64,000 bases of DNA from Candidatus Multivorans sp. Its GTDB lineage: Bacteria > Acidobacteriota > Thermoanaerobaculia > Multivoradales > Multivoraceae. Below are positions 1 to 10,554 of this stretch, one piece after another. Location of the stretch: positions 702,517 through 766,516 of the forward strand of contig OZ251997.1 of NCBI GenBank assembly GCA_965247095.1, given 5' to 3'. Numbering within the stretch: position 1 is the first letter of the stretch; each line of letters starts with the position of its first letter. Below the pieces are notes generated by a model. It ran no database searches. It was not told the origin of the DNA and was given only the letters and a program-made list of their open reading frames with translations. The translations under genes and the position numbers were made by a program.

Positions 1-1344
1 CTGCTCGAGTCTGGCTACCGAAAGCTGGTAGCGAGCGGCGGGTCCGACACTGAGACTGTGCTTGACGAGACGATGGCTCGCTTCCTCGACGCCTGGCAGT
101 TGGAAGCGCGCCTGGTGACCTACCCGCGGGCGGTAGCGGACGAGATGGCGTTCCGCGAAGAAGAAGGCGCGGTGTTCGAACTCTCGGTCGAGGAGTGGTT
201 GGAGTTCGCCCACTCCGTGTCGGTCGAAGAGGCGGCTGCCCGGGCCCGCAAGATGGGCATCAACCTGGTCTGGAACAGCGAGGTCGCGCGTACGCCCGAG
301 GGCTACTACCAGATCCGGGGCGGCATCGAGTATGCGATCTCCCGTTCCCTCCAAGCGGCGCCCTACGCGGACCTGCTGTGGATGGAGACGAAAACGGCCG
401 ATCTGGCCGACGCCCGCCGCTTCGCGGAGGCGATCCACGCGGTCTACCCTGACCAGTTGCTGGCCTACAACCTGTCGCCGTCCTTCAACTGGGACACGAC
501 CGGCATGAACGACGAGGAGATGAGAGCGTTCCCCGGGGAACTCGGCAAGCTCGGCTTCGTGTTCAACTTCATCACCTACGGCGGCCACCAGATCGACGGC
601 CTGGCCGCCGAGGACTTCGCCACGGCCCTGCGCGAGGACGGCATGCTGGCCCTGGCCCGGCTGCAGCGCAAGCTGCGCCTGGTCGGGTCGCCCTACCGGA
701 CGCCGCAGAGCCTGGTGGGCGGCACCCGGCTCGACGGCGCGCTTTCGGCCTCGACCGGCCACACCGCGACGACCAAGGCGATGGGCAAGGGCTCAACCCA
801 GGCCCAGCACCTGATGCAGACGGAAGTGCCGCCGCGACTGCTCGAGGAGTGGCTCAAGATCTGGCGCGACAAGTACGGCATCGACGAGTCTCTGCGCGTC
901 GAGCTGCGGCCCCACGTTGCCGGCTCCGAGCTCCTGGAACTGCGCGTTCTGGCTCAGGCGGGGGGCAGTGAATCGAAGGCCGCGAACGTGGTCTTCGCGC
1001 CAATCCGGGACCGCCGCGAGCGGATGATCCTCTCGGTTCGCGACCAGAACACGTTCGACCTCGATCTGAGGCGCCGGCGTCTGATGGCGCTGATCCACAT
1101 CTTCCTGATCCACCGCTACGGTGCGGTGTGGGTGCACTACGTCAGTCCGACCGACGACAACCAGCACCAAACCCGGCGCATGATCGACCTCGGCATCTTC
1201 GAGAGCGCGAACACCGAGGTTGGCGAGATCATCGTCGCGGCGGTCAACCGGGAACGGGTGCGGGAGCTCGCCGAACCGGACCACGAGTCGCTCACGGCAT
1301 TGATCGAGAAGACCGAGCCGGTGCCGGTGCGGGCCGCTTCGTGA
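1..1344 (+). CDS. aceA: isocitrate lyase, long ICL2/AceAb-like form; C-terminal ~447 codons only (5' end upstream of window)
   Basis: Frame 1 is open from base 1, with no stop before the listed ATG at 58. It carries ICL-family motifs [11 protein letters not shown] and [13 protein letters not shown]. About 200 aa of extra C-terminal domain follow, as in long mycobacterial-type ICLs. Stop is TGA 1342-1344. Confidence 0.85.
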   Translation: MLESGYRKLVASGGSDTETVLDETMARFLDAWQLEARLVTYPRAVADEMAFREEEGAVFELSVEEWLEFAHSVSVEEAAARARKMGINLVWNSEVARTPEGYYQIRGGIEYAISRSLQAAPYADLLWMETKTADLADARRFAEAIHAVYPDQLLAYNLSPSFNWDTTGMNDEEMRAFPGELGKLGFVFNFITYGGHQIDGLAAEDFATALREDGMLALARLQRKLRLVGSPYRTPQSLVGGTRLDGALSASTGHTATTKAMGKGSTQAQHLMQTEVPPRLLEEWLKIWRDKYGIDESLRVELRPHVAGSELLELRVLAQAGGSESKAANVVFAPIRDRRERMILSVRDQNTFDLDLRRRRLMALIHIFLIHRYGAVWVHYVSPTDDNQHQTRRMIDLGIFESANTEVGEIIVAAVNRERVRELAEPDHESLTALIEKTEPVPVRAAS

Positions 1345-4031
1345 TCCAGGCCGCCGGCCGGCAGGCCTGGACGCGCTCCGCCGCGGCGAGCGGGACCCTG
1401 TCGGCGGTCGTGGGTCTGGCGCTCGCGCTCTGGGCGCAGGTGCTTCCGGCGCAGGAGCAGCAGAAGAAGCAGCCGGAGGAACCGCCCCCGGTGGCGGATG
1501 CCACCGAAGGAGTGGCGGAGGCCACCGAGGGCTACGAGCACCTGCCCGGATTCCTCGACCTGTTCTGGGACCGTCGGGGCGGCAGGCTCTTCGTGCGCAT
1601 CGACGCCTTCGACGCCGATCTGCTCTACATCGAGTCGCTGTCGGCGGGTCTGGGATCGAACGACATCGGGCTCGACCGCGGCCAACTCGGGCGGACTCAC
1701 CTAGCCCGTTTCGAGCGGGTCGGGCCGAAGGTGCTTCTGGTCCACCAGAACACGCGCTACCGGGCGCTCAGCGACAACGAGGACGAGCGCCGCGCGGTGG
1801 CCGACGCCTTTGCCCGTTCCGTGCTCTGGGGCTTCGAGGTCGCGGCCGAGGACGAGGACGGTGCGGTCCTCGTGGACGCCACGGACTTCGTGCTCAGGGA
1901 TGCACACGGCGTGGCGGCGAGGCTCCAGCGGAGCGGCCAGGGCAGCTACCAGTTGGACGCGTCGCGGTCGGCGATTCATCGCGCCGGCGTCGCCGCGTTT
2001 CCGCGCAACTCGGAGCTCGAGGGCACGCAGACCTTCGTGCTGCGGTCGACCGACCGCGGCCCGGGCCGGTGGGTGAGCCAGGTCGCCCCCTCGCCCGATG
2101 CCGTGACGGTGCGGTTGCGGCATTCCTTCGTCGCGCTACCCGAGGCGGGATACGAGTCTCGCCCTGCGGACCCGCGTTCCGGTTACATCACGACGAGCTA
2201 CCTGGACTACGCGACACCGATCGACGCGCCGCTCGAGACGAGCTATGTCGTTCGCCACCGGCTGCGGAAGCGGAACCCGGGCGCGGTCCGGAGCGAGGCC
2301 GTCGAGCCGATCGTCTACTACCTCGACCGGGGCGCGCCGGAACCGATCCGGTCGGCGCTGCTCGACGGCGCGCGGTGGTGGAACGAGGCCTTCGAGGCGG
2401 CGGGCTACATCGACGCCTTCCGGGTCGAGTTGCTGCCGGAAGGGGCGGACCCCCTCGACATCCGTTACAACGTGATCCAGTGGGTTCACCGTTCGACGCG
2501 CGGATGGTCGTACGGCAGTTCGGTCACCGATCCACGCACCGGCGAGATCCTGAAGGGCCACGTGACGCTCGGTTCGCTGCGCGTGCGCCAGGACTTCCTG
2601 ATCGCTCAGGGCCTGACATCGCCCTTCGTGGATGCCGATTCGTCGACCGAGGCCCTGAGCGAGATGGCGCTGGCGCGGTTACGCCAGCTCTCGGCGCACG
2701 AAGTGGGTCACACGATCGGCCTCGTGCACAACTTCGCCTCCTCCGCCTCTGGCCCGGATGGCCGGGAATCCGTGATGGACTACCCCCATCCTCTGGCCAC
2801 GCTGCGCGAGGACGGCACGATCGACCTGAGCGCCGCCTACGACGTGGGCGTCGGCGCCTGGGACGAGCGGGCGATCCTCTACGGGTACGCCGACTTCGCC
2901 GAGGGCGCGGACGAGGCGGCGGAACTCGACGGCATCCTCCGCCAGACGATCGATGCGGGCCTCCACTTCATCAGCGACGAGGACGCGCGACCGGTGGGCG
3001 GCGCCCATCCACTGGCGCACCTATGGGACAACGGCCGTTCGGCGGCTGGCGAGCTGCGGCGCGTTCTGGCGGTGCGGCGGGCCGCCCTCGACCGGTTCTC
3101 TGAACGAAACGTCCGCGTCGGCGAGCCGCTGTCCGGGCTCGAGGATGTGCTCGCGCCGCTCTACCTGCTGCACCGCTACCAGCTCGAGGCGGCGGCGAAG
3201 GTCATAGGCGGTGTCGACTACAGCTACGCCGTGCGCGGCGACGGTCGGGCGCCGGTCTCCCTGTTGCCGGCGGCGATGCAACTCGACGCGCTTGACGCGC
3301 TGCTGCAGACGGTCGACCCGGTCGAACTGACCTTGCCTCAACGGATCGTGGATCTGATCCCGCCGCCCTCGCCGGGGCGGGGTCGTGGCCGTGAGCACCT
3401 GCCGTCGCGCGCCGGTCCCGCGTTCGACCCGGTGGCCGCGGCGGAGATGGCCGCGGACCTGACCTTCGGGATGATCCTGGACGATGCACGCGCCACCCGG
3501 CTTGTCGACCACCGCGCCCGCGATGCGGAGCAACCCGGCCTGATCGGGATCCTCGATCGGCTGCTCGGGGCGACCTGGCGCGCGGATCCGCTGCCCGGCC
3601 TGGCTGGGGAGGTCGGCCGTGCGGCCGACGCAGCCCTGTTGCGGCGGCTGCTGGCCCTGGCATCCGGAACACCAGCCGGAGGCGCGCCGTCCGGCGTGCC
3701 GGCCAACCTGCTCGCCTCCGGGCCGGTCGTCTCCGGCGCCTCTCAGCAGGTGCGCGCCGAGGCGCTCGCGGTGGTGGTTGGACTGCGCGATTGGCTGGAG
3801 GCCAATCCGTTGCCGGCGGGAGGTCCGGACGCGGCCGAACGGGATCACCGATCCCATGCGGCGTGGCTGATCGGACGCTTCCTCGACGACCCACGCTCCG
3901 TCGCCTTGCCGCGGCCGCTCAGGGTGCCTGACGGCTCGCCGATCGGTTGCAGCGTCGGCCCCGGCGGCGTGGCGTTCGCGTCCTGGAGCGCCTGGTCCGG
4001 TTGGCTGTCGGGGGTGGCGCGGGCGCAATGA
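1341..4031 (+). CDS. secreted zinc-dependent metalloprotease (zincin HExxH; DUF5117/DUF4953-like)
   Basis: GTG 1341 overlaps the aceA stop (GTGA). From there the N-terminus reads as a signal peptide (..[20 protein letters not shown]). It has a [13 protein letters not shown] zinc-binding motif. The part of the tracked ORF upstream of 1341 overlaps aceA and is discounted. Confidence 0.8.
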   Translation: MIQAAGRQAWTRSAAASGTLSAVVGLALALWAQVLPAQEQQKKQPEEPPPVADATEGVAEATEGYEHLPGFLDLFWDRRGGRLFVRIDAFDADLLYIESLSAGLGSNDIGLDRGQLGRTHLARFERVGPKVLLVHQNTRYRALSDNEDERRAVADAFARSVLWGFEVAAEDEDGAVLVDATDFVLRDAHGVAARLQRSGQGSYQLDASRSAIHRAGVAAFPRNSELEGTQTFVLRSTDRGPGRWVSQVAPSPDAVTVRLRHSFVALPEAGYESRPADPRSGYITTSYLDYATPIDAPLETSYVVRHRLRKRNPGAVRSEAVEPIVYYLDRGAPEPIRSALLDGARWWNEAFEAAGYIDAFRVELLPEGADPLDIRYNVIQWVHRSTRGWSYGSSVTDPRTGEILKGHVTLGSLRVRQDFLIAQGLTSPFVDADSSTEALSEMALARLRQLSAHEVGHTIGLVHNFASSASGPDGRESVMDYPHPLATLREDGTIDLSAAYDVGVGAWDERAILYGYADFAEGADEAAELDGILRQTIDAGLHFISDEDARPVGGAHPLAHLWDNGRSAAGELRRVLAVRRAALDRFSERNVRVGEPLSGLEDVLAPLYLLHRYQLEAAAKVIGGVDYSYAVRGDGRAPVSLLPAAMQLDALDALLQTVDPVELTLPQRIVDLIPPPSPGRGRGREHLPSRAGPAFDPVAAAEMAADLTFGMILDDARATRLVDHRARDAEQPGLIGILDRLLGATWRADPLPGLAGEVGRAADAALLRRLLALASGTPAGGAPSGVPANLLASGPVVSGASQQVRAEALAVVVGLRDWLEANPLPAGGPDAAERDHRSHAAWLIGRFLDDPRSVALPRPLRVPDGSPIGCSVGPGGVAFASWSAWSGWLSGVARAQ

Positions 4032-5254
4032 CCGGCGCCGAAGCCGCAATGCTCCGGCTTCCGGCCGCCGTCGCCGGCCTCTACAGCGCCGGCGAGACGG
4101 CCGAACTGGTCGGTCTGCGCCGCGCGCTCCACGCCGATCCCGAGCTCTCGCTCCGGGAGGAGCGCACCGCTCGGCGCCTTGAAGAGACGCTGCACCGGCT
4201 TGGCGTTCGCGACGTCACACGTGTGGCCGGCACGGGCGTGGTGGGCCGGATTCCCGGCCGTGAGCCCGGTGCACCCACCGTCGCGGTGCGCGGCGACATC
4301 GACGCGTTGCCGATCCTGGAGGACACCGGCCTGCCGTTCGCCTCTCGCAACGACGGCGTGATGCACGCCTGCGGGCACGACGTGCACGCTTCATGGACGG
4401 TCGCCGCGGCACGCCTTCTCCAGGCCGAGCCCGCTGCCGGCGATGTGTTGCTCGTGCTCCAGCCCGCGGAGGAGACCGGCGAGGGCGCGGCAGCCGTGCT
4501 GGCGACCGGGGTCCTGGACGAGGTGTCGGCGATCTTCGGCGCCCACGTCGACCTGACCTTCGAGATCGGCCAGGCAATGATCCAGGCGGGCGCGGTGGGC
4601 GCCGCCGCGGACCGCTTCGAGGTCGAGCTTCTGGGGCAGGGCGCTCACGGCGCCAGGCCCCACCAGGGTCTGGATCCGATCGTCGGCGCGGCGCAGGTGG
4701 TTTCAGCCCTGCAGACGGTGGTTGCCCGGCGGGTGGCTCCCGACCAGCCGGCGGTGGTCACCGTCGGCGTTATGGAAGCAGGTTCAGCCCACAACGTGAT
4801 CCCGGATCGAGCGGTGCTCAAGGGCACGCTGCGCTCGCTCGACCCGGAGGTGCGTCAACTGCTCGCGGACGAGGTCAGGCACGTCGCCGAATCGGTCGCC
4901 GCCGCGTGTCGGCTGGAGGCCCGGGTGCGGATGCTGCAGGGTACGCCGGTTGTGCTGAACGACGAGCGCGCCGCGGCTTGGGCGCGCGAAGCCGCGGCTT
5001 CGGTGATCGGCGTTGAGGCGGTCAAGCCGTTGCCGGTCGCCAACATGGGCGGCGAGGACTTCGCCTTCTACCAGGAACGCATTCCCGGCTGCTTCATCCG
5101 GGTCGGCGCCCGGCTTCCCGGCGATCCCGTCGTCGGCGCCCACACGCCGTACTTCGCGCCCGCCGAGGAGGCTATCTTCGTCGGCGGCGCCCTGCTCGCC
5201 GCCGCCGCGCGCCGCGCGTCAGCGGACCTAGTGACGGAGGCTGCTGCTACATAG
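4028..5254 (+). CDS. M20D-family amidohydrolase (N-acyl-amino-acid / hippurate hydrolase-like)
   Basis: ATG 4028 overlaps the preceding stop (ATGA). Family motifs are present: LRRALHADPELS, VAVRGDIDALP, MHACGHDVH, LVLQPAEE, and HTPYF near the C-terminus. Confidence 0.85.
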   Translation: MTGAEAAMLRLPAAVAGLYSAGETAELVGLRRALHADPELSLREERTARRLEETLHRLGVRDVTRVAGTGVVGRIPGREPGAPTVAVRGDIDALPILEDTGLPFASRNDGVMHACGHDVHASWTVAAARLLQAEPAAGDVLLVLQPAEETGEGAAAVLATGVLDEVSAIFGAHVDLTFEIGQAMIQAGAVGAAADRFEVELLGQGAHGARPHQGLDPIVGAAQVVSALQTVVARRVAPDQPAVVTVGVMEAGSAHNVIPDRAVLKGTLRSLDPEVRQLLADEVRHVAESVAAACRLEARVRMLQGTPVVLNDERAAAWAREAAASVIGVEAVKPLPVANMGGEDFAFYQERIPGCFIRVGARLPGDPVVGAHTPYFAPAEEAIFVGGALLAAAARRASADLVTEAAAT

Positions 5255-5349
5255 TGAGCGTGAGTGGCAAGAAAACCAAGGATTGACCGCCCTCGTGCGT
5301 CCTATGGATGACTTGGAGTGGGGAACAAGCACACGCAAGGAGACGCGGA

Positions 5350-6090
5350 ATGAAAGAACCTGAAGCCAGGGTCCGTCGGATCAGGTATCTGGTCGGCTTG
5401 GCCTTCACGCCGGTCGTCCTCTTGGCGGCTTGCTCCGACTCCGCGACGCCACCCGCGGGCGAGATCCGCACGTCGGGCTTTGCGACCGTCTCGGGAGAGC
5501 CGGACATTGCCGTTCTTTCTCTTGGCGTCGTGGCGACCCGGTCCACGGTCAGCGAGGCCCGGGACGCCGCTGCCAGCGCTCTCTCCGCTGTCGTCTCGGC
5601 CGTTCGAGGCGCGGGCGTCGAGGAAGACGATGTCAGAACCTCGTCCTTCTCGATCCAGCCGCGCTACCAGTACCTAGGGGACGAAGCGCGGTTCATCGGC
5701 CATGAAGTATCGAACATTCTCGCCGTGACTGTTCGTGACATCGCGGCCGCGGGCACCGTCATCGACCGCGCGGTTGCCGCCGGCGGAGCGTCCACCCGCG
5801 TCCAACACATCGGTTTCCGTGTGGCGGATACCGCATCGCTCGAGCGCGAAGCGCGGCGGCTTGCTGTGCAGGACGCGACCGAGAAGGCCGACTTCTACGC
5901 GGCGGAACTGGGTCTCGGCCGCGGCGCGATCCTCTCCGTGTCCGATCAGGTTGGCGTTCCCTACTCAGTCGTGGGGCGAGCCCGCGTGCAGCATCATGTG
6001 TTGGCCCAGACCGCGAGCACTTCCACTGAGTTCTTCGCCGGCGACTTCGAGGTAAGAGCTCAGGTAGAAGTGGTTTTCGCGATCGAGTAG
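5350..6090 (+). CDS. SIMPL/DUF541-family periplasmic lipoprotein
   Basis: AAGGAG (5337-5342) lies 7 nt before ATG 5350. The lipobox is VLLAAC. The body resembles 26-kDa periplasmic immunogenic/SIMPL proteins (..GFATVSGEPDIAVLSLGV.. and a ..EVRAQVEVVFAIE end). Confidence 0.75.
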   Translation: MKEPEARVRRIRYLVGLAFTPVVLLAACSDSATPPAGEIRTSGFATVSGEPDIAVLSLGVVATRSTVSEARDAAASALSAVVSAVRGAGVEEDDVRTSSFSIQPRYQYLGDEARFIGHEVSNILAVTVRDIAAAGTVIDRAVAAGGASTRVQHIGFRVADTASLEREARRLAVQDATEKADFYAAELGLGRGAILSVSDQVGVPYSVVGRARVQHHVLAQTASTSTEFFAGDFEVRAQVEVVFAIE

Positions 6091-6135
6091 CGACTTTCGC
6101 AGAACTCGCTTCGCTGCGACCTGCGCCGCAGCCAC

Positions 6136-6789
6136 CTAGAAGGCGAAGACGAGGCCGGCGCTGACGATGCCTTGGAGCAGGTCGTCCCGGTCGGCGTCGT
6201 AGCAGCAATCGGAACAGCAGAGGTCCTCGTCACCTGTGCCGGTCACCAGTAGCCGTGCTTCCAGGCGCAGGCCGAAGTGGTCGGTGAAGAAGAACTTGGC
6301 GCCACCGCCCAAGCCGATAGAGAAACGGTTCTCGGTTTCGGGCAGGAAGTGGCTGTCCGGCGCGAGCCTGGTGATACCGGCGCTGAACGAGACGAAGGGG
6401 CGCAATTGGCCGATCGGCGCTGTCCAGGTGACGCCGGCATGGTAGTAGTTCACGTCCATCGCGCCGAGGTCGGTGACGCCGAGGAACGGTCCCTCATCGA
6501 GGCCGAATCTCGTGTCCTGCTCGTGGAGGAACAGCTCGAGGTGGAGATTCCGGCGGACCGGAAAGGCGATGACCACGCCGCCGACCTTTGCGTTGTCGAT
6601 TTCCAGGTCGAGGCGTCCGAACTCGTAGTCGTCGATCTCGAAGCCGCCGAAGAAGCTATGGCCGTAGTAGGGCGTGATCTCGAATCGCGGCTTCTGCGCC
6701 GTGGAGGGCGAGCCGGCCGCAGTCAGCAAGGCGGCCAGTGCGGCGGCGACGGGTAGTGTCCTGTTCAGGTGACGGCGTGTCTTGGTCAT
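6136..6789 (-). CDS. small outer-membrane beta-barrel protein (OmpW/OprF-N-like porin-family fold)
   Basis: It has a signal peptide (..AAALAALLTAAGSPSTAQ), alternating aromatic/hydrophobic beta-strand pattern, and a terminal ..GLVFAF with C-terminal Phe, typical of OMPs. Confidence 0.7.
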   Translation of the reverse strand: MTKTRRHLNRTLPVAAALAALLTAAGSPSTAQKPRFEITPYYGHSFFGGFEIDDYEFGRLDLEIDNAKVGGVVIAFPVRRNLHLELFLHEQDTRFGLDEGPFLGVTDLGAMDVNYYHAGVTWTAPIGQLRPFVSFSAGITRLAPDSHFLPETENRFSIGLGGGAKFFFTDHFGLRLEARLLVTGTGDEDLCCSDCCYDADRDDLLQGIVSAGLVFAF

Positions 6790-7014
6790 CGTTTCTCCAA
6801 TGAGGGGCTGAGAAACGAAGCTGCAAGTTTCGGGCCGGCGCTCGATGTGGTTTCAGAGAGGACGGAGCGGCGTGCTGGTGTCCACTGGGGAGGTAGTCAG
6901 TCGACGTCACACACTTCAATGAGGAGCGTGCCGCTCCGCCCTGCTCCGGTTTACGCACGCGAAGTGACAGGGTTTCGGGGCGCCGCATCAGGTTGCGGCC
7001 CGGCGGCGCGGCCT

Positions 7015-7866
7015 CTAGCCGCTCTTCTTTTCCCGGTCCGGATGCCGCATCGCGGTGATGTTGAACCCGGCGTCGACGAAGTGGATGCCGCCGGTGGTTC
7101 CCGCACTCAGATCGGAGAGCAGGTAGGCGGCCGTGGCGCCGACATCGTCGACCGTGATGTTGCGGCCGAGCGGGGCCCGTTGCGGCATGACCTTGAGCAT
7201 GCCGCGCATGCCGGCGACCCCTGAGGCCGCCAGCGTCCTCACCGGGCCGGCGGAAATGCCGTGGACGCGGATGTTCTTCGGGCCCAGGTCGACCGCGAGG
7301 TAGCGGATCGAGGCTTCGAGCGCCGCCTTGGCGATGCCCATCACGTTGTAGTTGGGCGTCGCCTTGGTGGCCCCGTAGTAGGTCATCGCGATCATGCTGC
7401 CGCCGCCGGTCATCAGCGGTTCGGCGGCGCGGGCGAGGGCGATCAGGGAGTAGCAACTGATGTCGAGCGCGGTGGCGAAGCCGGCGCGCGAGGTGTCGAC
7501 CGTGCGGCCGAGCAGGTCCTCCCGGTTGGCGAAGGCCACCGAATGGACCAGAAAGTCCAGGCGGCCCCACCGCTCCGCGAGAGTGGCGAACACGGCGTCG
7601 ATCTGACCGTCGTCGGTGACGTCGAGCGGCTCGACGATCGTGGAACCGATGCTCTCGGCCAGCGGCCGGACCCGGCGCTCCAGGGCGTCACCCTGGAAGG
7701 TGAAGGCCAGCTCCGCACCCTCGTTGTGGGCACGCCGGGCGATGCCCCAGGCCAGCGAGCGCTTGTTGGCTGTGCCGACGATCAGACCGCGACGGCCGGC
7801 CAGCAGCCCGCCGGAGGCGGCGGACCCCGGCGGAGAATCGACGGGTGGTGATTCGGGCGCGGTCAC
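7015..7866 (-). CDS. fabI: enoyl-[acyl-carrier-protein] reductase (NADH)
   Basis: It is strongly FabI-like: [41 protein letters not shown], and [25 protein letters not shown] 7866 is the only canonical start just upstream of the conserved N-terminus. The longer tracked ORF to 8196 overlaps the divergent transporter gene. Confidence 0.9.
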   Translation of the reverse strand: MTAPESPPVDSPPGSAASGGLLAGRRGLIVGTANKRSLAWGIARRAHNEGAELAFTFQGDALERRVRPLAESIGSTIVEPLDVTDDGQIDAVFATLAERWGRLDFLVHSVAFANREDLLGRTVDTSRAGFATALDISCYSLIALARAAEPLMTGGGSMIAMTYYGATKATPNYNVMGIAKAALEASIRYLAVDLGPKNIRVHGISAGPVRTLAASGVAGMRGMLKVMPQRAPLGRNITVDDVGATAAYLLSDLSAGTTGGIHFVDAGFNITAMRHPDREKKSG

Positions 7867-7963
7867 GGGCGGCGGGATTGTACACCTGACGCGTGGCGTC
7901 CGGGCCTGCCTGTCTGGCGGGGGAGAGTGAAGGGCGGAAGACTGGATGCTGCGGCATGGTTGA

Positions 7964-8860
7964 ATGCTGTGCATGGTTTCGGTGCTCGGCATTGTCCTGG
8001 TCGTCGGCGCGACGCTGTGCTTCTCGTTGTTCGACCTGTTGCGCAAGAAGCTGACCGGACGACTGAGCGACGCCTTCCTGGTCATGGTTCTGGCGCTGGG
8101 GGCGGTGCCTCTGTACGGCGTCTGGGTGGCAGTGCAGCCGCCGCCGGGCGTGACTGCGGCGTACGTCTGGCCGGGGCTGTTGTCCGTCGCCTGCAACCTG
8201 GGTGCGAACTACGGGTTCCTGCGTTCGGTACGGCTCGCGGGCCTGAGCGCCGTGATTCCCCTGCTGTCGCTGACGCCGGTGTTCACCGGCCTGCTCGGGA
8301 TCCCGCTGCTCGGCGAGCTGCCTGGGGCGCGGGAGTGGCTGGGCATTGCGATGGTCGTGGTGGGCGCTCTCGCGTTGCAACTGGGTGAGCGATCCGGCGA
8401 TCGGGTCCGGCCCTGGACACTGGGTGCGGGCGCCTGGTGGATGATCCTGGTCGCCTTCCTTTGGTCGGCGGCGCTGCCGCTCGACAAGCTGGCCACCGAG
8501 GCCTCGAACGCTGCTTTCCACGGCCTGGTCATGCACCTGGGCGTCGGCCTTTCCGTCGTCGTGGTCGTGGCTCGTGGCTTCGTCCAGGCGCCCGGCCGGC
8601 GCGGACGAGTCGGGTCCGGCGTCGGAGGCCGAATCTGGCTGCTGCTCCTTACCGCGGTCGTCATCGGAGCATTGGCGCAGGCACTCCAGCTCCTGTCCCT
8701 GCAGCACGCCTGGGTGGGTTTCGTGGAGACGGTGAAGCGGGGCATCGGGTCGTCGCTGGCGCTGGTCCTCGGCCGCCTGTTCTTCGCCGAGCCCCTTACC
8801 GTCCGCAAGGTGTTGACCGTTGGCGTGATCGTGGCCGGTGTCGTGGTCATGCTCTGGTAG
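7964..8860 (+). CDS. EamA/DMT-superfamily transporter
   Basis: About 10 hydrophobic helices form two EamA-like halves. There is no conflict with other genes. Confidence 0.75.
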   Translation: MLCMVSVLGIVLVVGATLCFSLFDLLRKKLTGRLSDAFLVMVLALGAVPLYGVWVAVQPPPGVTAAYVWPGLLSVACNLGANYGFLRSVRLAGLSAVIPLLSLTPVFTGLLGIPLLGELPGAREWLGIAMVVVGALALQLGERSGDRVRPWTLGAGAWWMILVAFLWSAALPLDKLATEASNAAFHGLVMHLGVGLSVVVVVARGFVQAPGRRGRVGSGVGGRIWLLLLTAVVIGALAQALQLLSLQHAWVGFVETVKRGIGSSLALVLGRLFFAEPLTVRKVLTVGVIVAGVVVMLW

Positions 8861-8871
8861 CTTGAGGGGCT

Positions 8872-10497
8872 GTGGTTCGCTTGGTGCCAGATGCCCCCCG
8901 GCTGCGCTTTCCACTCGCCCTGGCGGCCTGGCTGATCGGGGCCGGCCCGGGTGTCGCCCAGGGCCCTTCCCTGTCCCAGATCGAGCTGCCGGACGGGTTT
9001 TCGATCAGCGTCTTCGCGGACGATGTTCCGGGCGCCCGGTCGCTTGCGCAGAGCCCCGGCGGCACGGTGTTCGTCGGCACCCGGAGCACGGGCGCGGTGT
9101 ACGCGGTGATCGACTCCGACGACGACGGTGACGCCGACCAGACGCTGCAACTGGCGTCGGGTTTGAACTCACCGAACGGCGTAGCGTTTCGCGGCGGAGA
9201 CCTCTACGTGGCCGAGATCAGCCGCGTGCTCCGCTATGACGACATCGAGAGCCGCCTCGAAGCGCCGCCGGCGCCGGTCGTGGTCACCGCCGACCTGCCG
9301 GACAAGAGACACCACGGCTGGAAGTTCATCCGCTTCGGTCCTGACGGAAAGCTCTACGTTCCGGTCGGCGCGCCCTGCAACATCTGCGACGAGGGCGATC
9401 CCTTCGCCGCCATCCTGCGGCTGGACGACGACGGGGCCTACGAGGTCGTGGCGCGCGGCGTCCGCAACACGGTCGGCTTCGACTGGCATCCCGGCACCGG
9501 CGAACTCTGGTTCACGGACAACGGCCGGGACATGTTGGGAGACGACGAGCCGCCGGACGAACTCAACGTGCTGACCTCGAACGGTCAGCACTTTGGTTAC
9601 CCCTTCTGTCACGGTCGAAACATCGCTGATCCGGAGTTCGGTTCCCAGCGTTCCTGTTCGGAGTTTCAGTCCCCAGTCCAGAAACTCGGACCGCACGTGG
9701 CGGCGCTCGGCATGCGCTTCTACAACGGGCAGATGTTCCCGGAGCGCTATCGCGGCCAGATCTTCATCGCCGAGCACGGCTCCTGGAACCGCACCGATCC
9801 GATCGGCTACCGGGTGATGGTCGTTCATCTGAACGCGAGCGGCCGGTCGACGGAGTACGAAGAGTTCGCTACGGGCTGGCTTCAGGGCGCCTCTGCTTGG
9901 GGCCGGCCGGTCGACGTCATGGTGCGTGCCGACGGCTCGTTGCTGGTCTCGGACGACCGGCGGGGATCGATCTACCGCATCGCGTATTCCGGCTCTGTGA
10001 TGCCGCCACCGCCGCCGCCGCCGCCGCCACCGCCACCGCCGCCACCTCCGCCGCCGCCACCTCCGCCGCCGCCACCGCCGCCGCCGCCACCTCCGCCTCC
10101 ACCGGACCCGGAGCCGCCGCCGCCACCCCGTGACGGAACCTGTGAACCGGCGGCGGAGACGCTCTGCCTGCACAACCATCGGTACGAGTTGCAAGCAGAG
10201 TGGTGGACCCTCGATGGAGGGAGCGGGTCGGCCTTCGCGGTTCCGATGGCGACGAACGATGCGGGTCTATTCCAGTTCTACGATCCGGACAACTGGGAGA
10301 TCCTGATCAAGGTGCTGGATGGCTGCGCGATCAACGGGCATCACTGGGTCTACGGCGCTTCAACGACGGACCTTGGGTACGTGATCCGGGTGACGGACAC
10401 GGCTACGAGTGAGGTCAGGGAGTACCGGAACGAGCCCGGGCGGCCGGTGCCCGCGATCACCGACGACAGGGCGTTCCCGGACAGTTGCGGACCGTAG
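8872..10497 (+). CDS. secreted PQQ-dependent sugar (sorbosone-like) dehydrogenase beta-propeller + poly-Pro linker + C-terminal Cys-containing module
   Basis: It has a signal peptide. Family motifs include NSPNGVAFRGGDLYVAE, HHGWKFIRFGPDGKLYVPVGAPCNIC, NTVGFDWHP.TGELWFTDNGRD, HFGYPFCHG and IAEHGSWNR. A 34-Pro run follows, then a ~130-aa tail. Confidence 0.85.
   Translation: MVRLVPDAPRLRFPLALAAWLIGAGPGVAQGPSLSQIELPDGFSISVFADDVPGARSLAQSPGGTVFVGTRSTGAVYAVIDSDDDGDADQTLQLASGLNSPNGVAFRGGDLYVAEISRVLRYDDIESRLEAPPAPVVVTADLPDKRHHGWKFIRFGPDGKLYVPVGAPCNICDEGDPFAAILRLDDDGAYEVVARGVRNTVGFDWHPGTGELWFTDNGRDMLGDDEPPDELNVLTSNGQHFGYPFCHGRNIADPEFGSQRSCSEFQSPVQKLGPHVAALGMRFYNGQMFPERYRGQIFIAEHGSWNRTDPIGYRVMVVHLNASGRSTEYEEFATGWLQGASAWGRPVDVMVRADGSLLVSDDRRGSIYRIAYSGSVMPPPPPPPPPPPPPPPPPPPPPPPPPPPPPPPPPPDPEPPPPPRDGTCEPAAETLCLHNHRYELQAEWWTLDGGSGSAFAVPMATNDAGLFQFYDPDNWEILIKVLDGCAINGHHWVYGASTTDLGYVIRVTDTATSEVREYRNEPGRPVPAITDDRAFPDSCGP
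9199..9534 (+). repeat. near-identical 336-nt segment shared with 10873..11208 (gene-conversion tract, copy 1)
   Basis: Hand alignment shows only about 6-7 mismatches over 336 nt, while the flanking coding sequence of the two paralogues is much more diverged. Confidence 0.85.
10003..10104 (+). repeat. (CCN)34 poly-proline coding microsatellite-like tract
   Basis: I counted codons directly: 34 uninterrupted CCG/CCA/CCT codons in the frame of 8872..10497, with a CCGCCGCCGCCACCT-like sub-periodicity. Confidence 0.9.
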
Positions 10498-10554
10498 CGA
10501 TTCGGGGCCGTGGGCACGGTCGTCGCCGCCGGCCGTTGCTATGATCCGCGCGTT

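Noticed and set aside
9972-10175. A poly-glycine ORF on the minus strand (..GGGGGGGG..).
   Set aside because: It is the reverse-complement mirror of the (CCN)34 proline tract. It has no independent start context and is embedded in a well-supported plus-strand gene.
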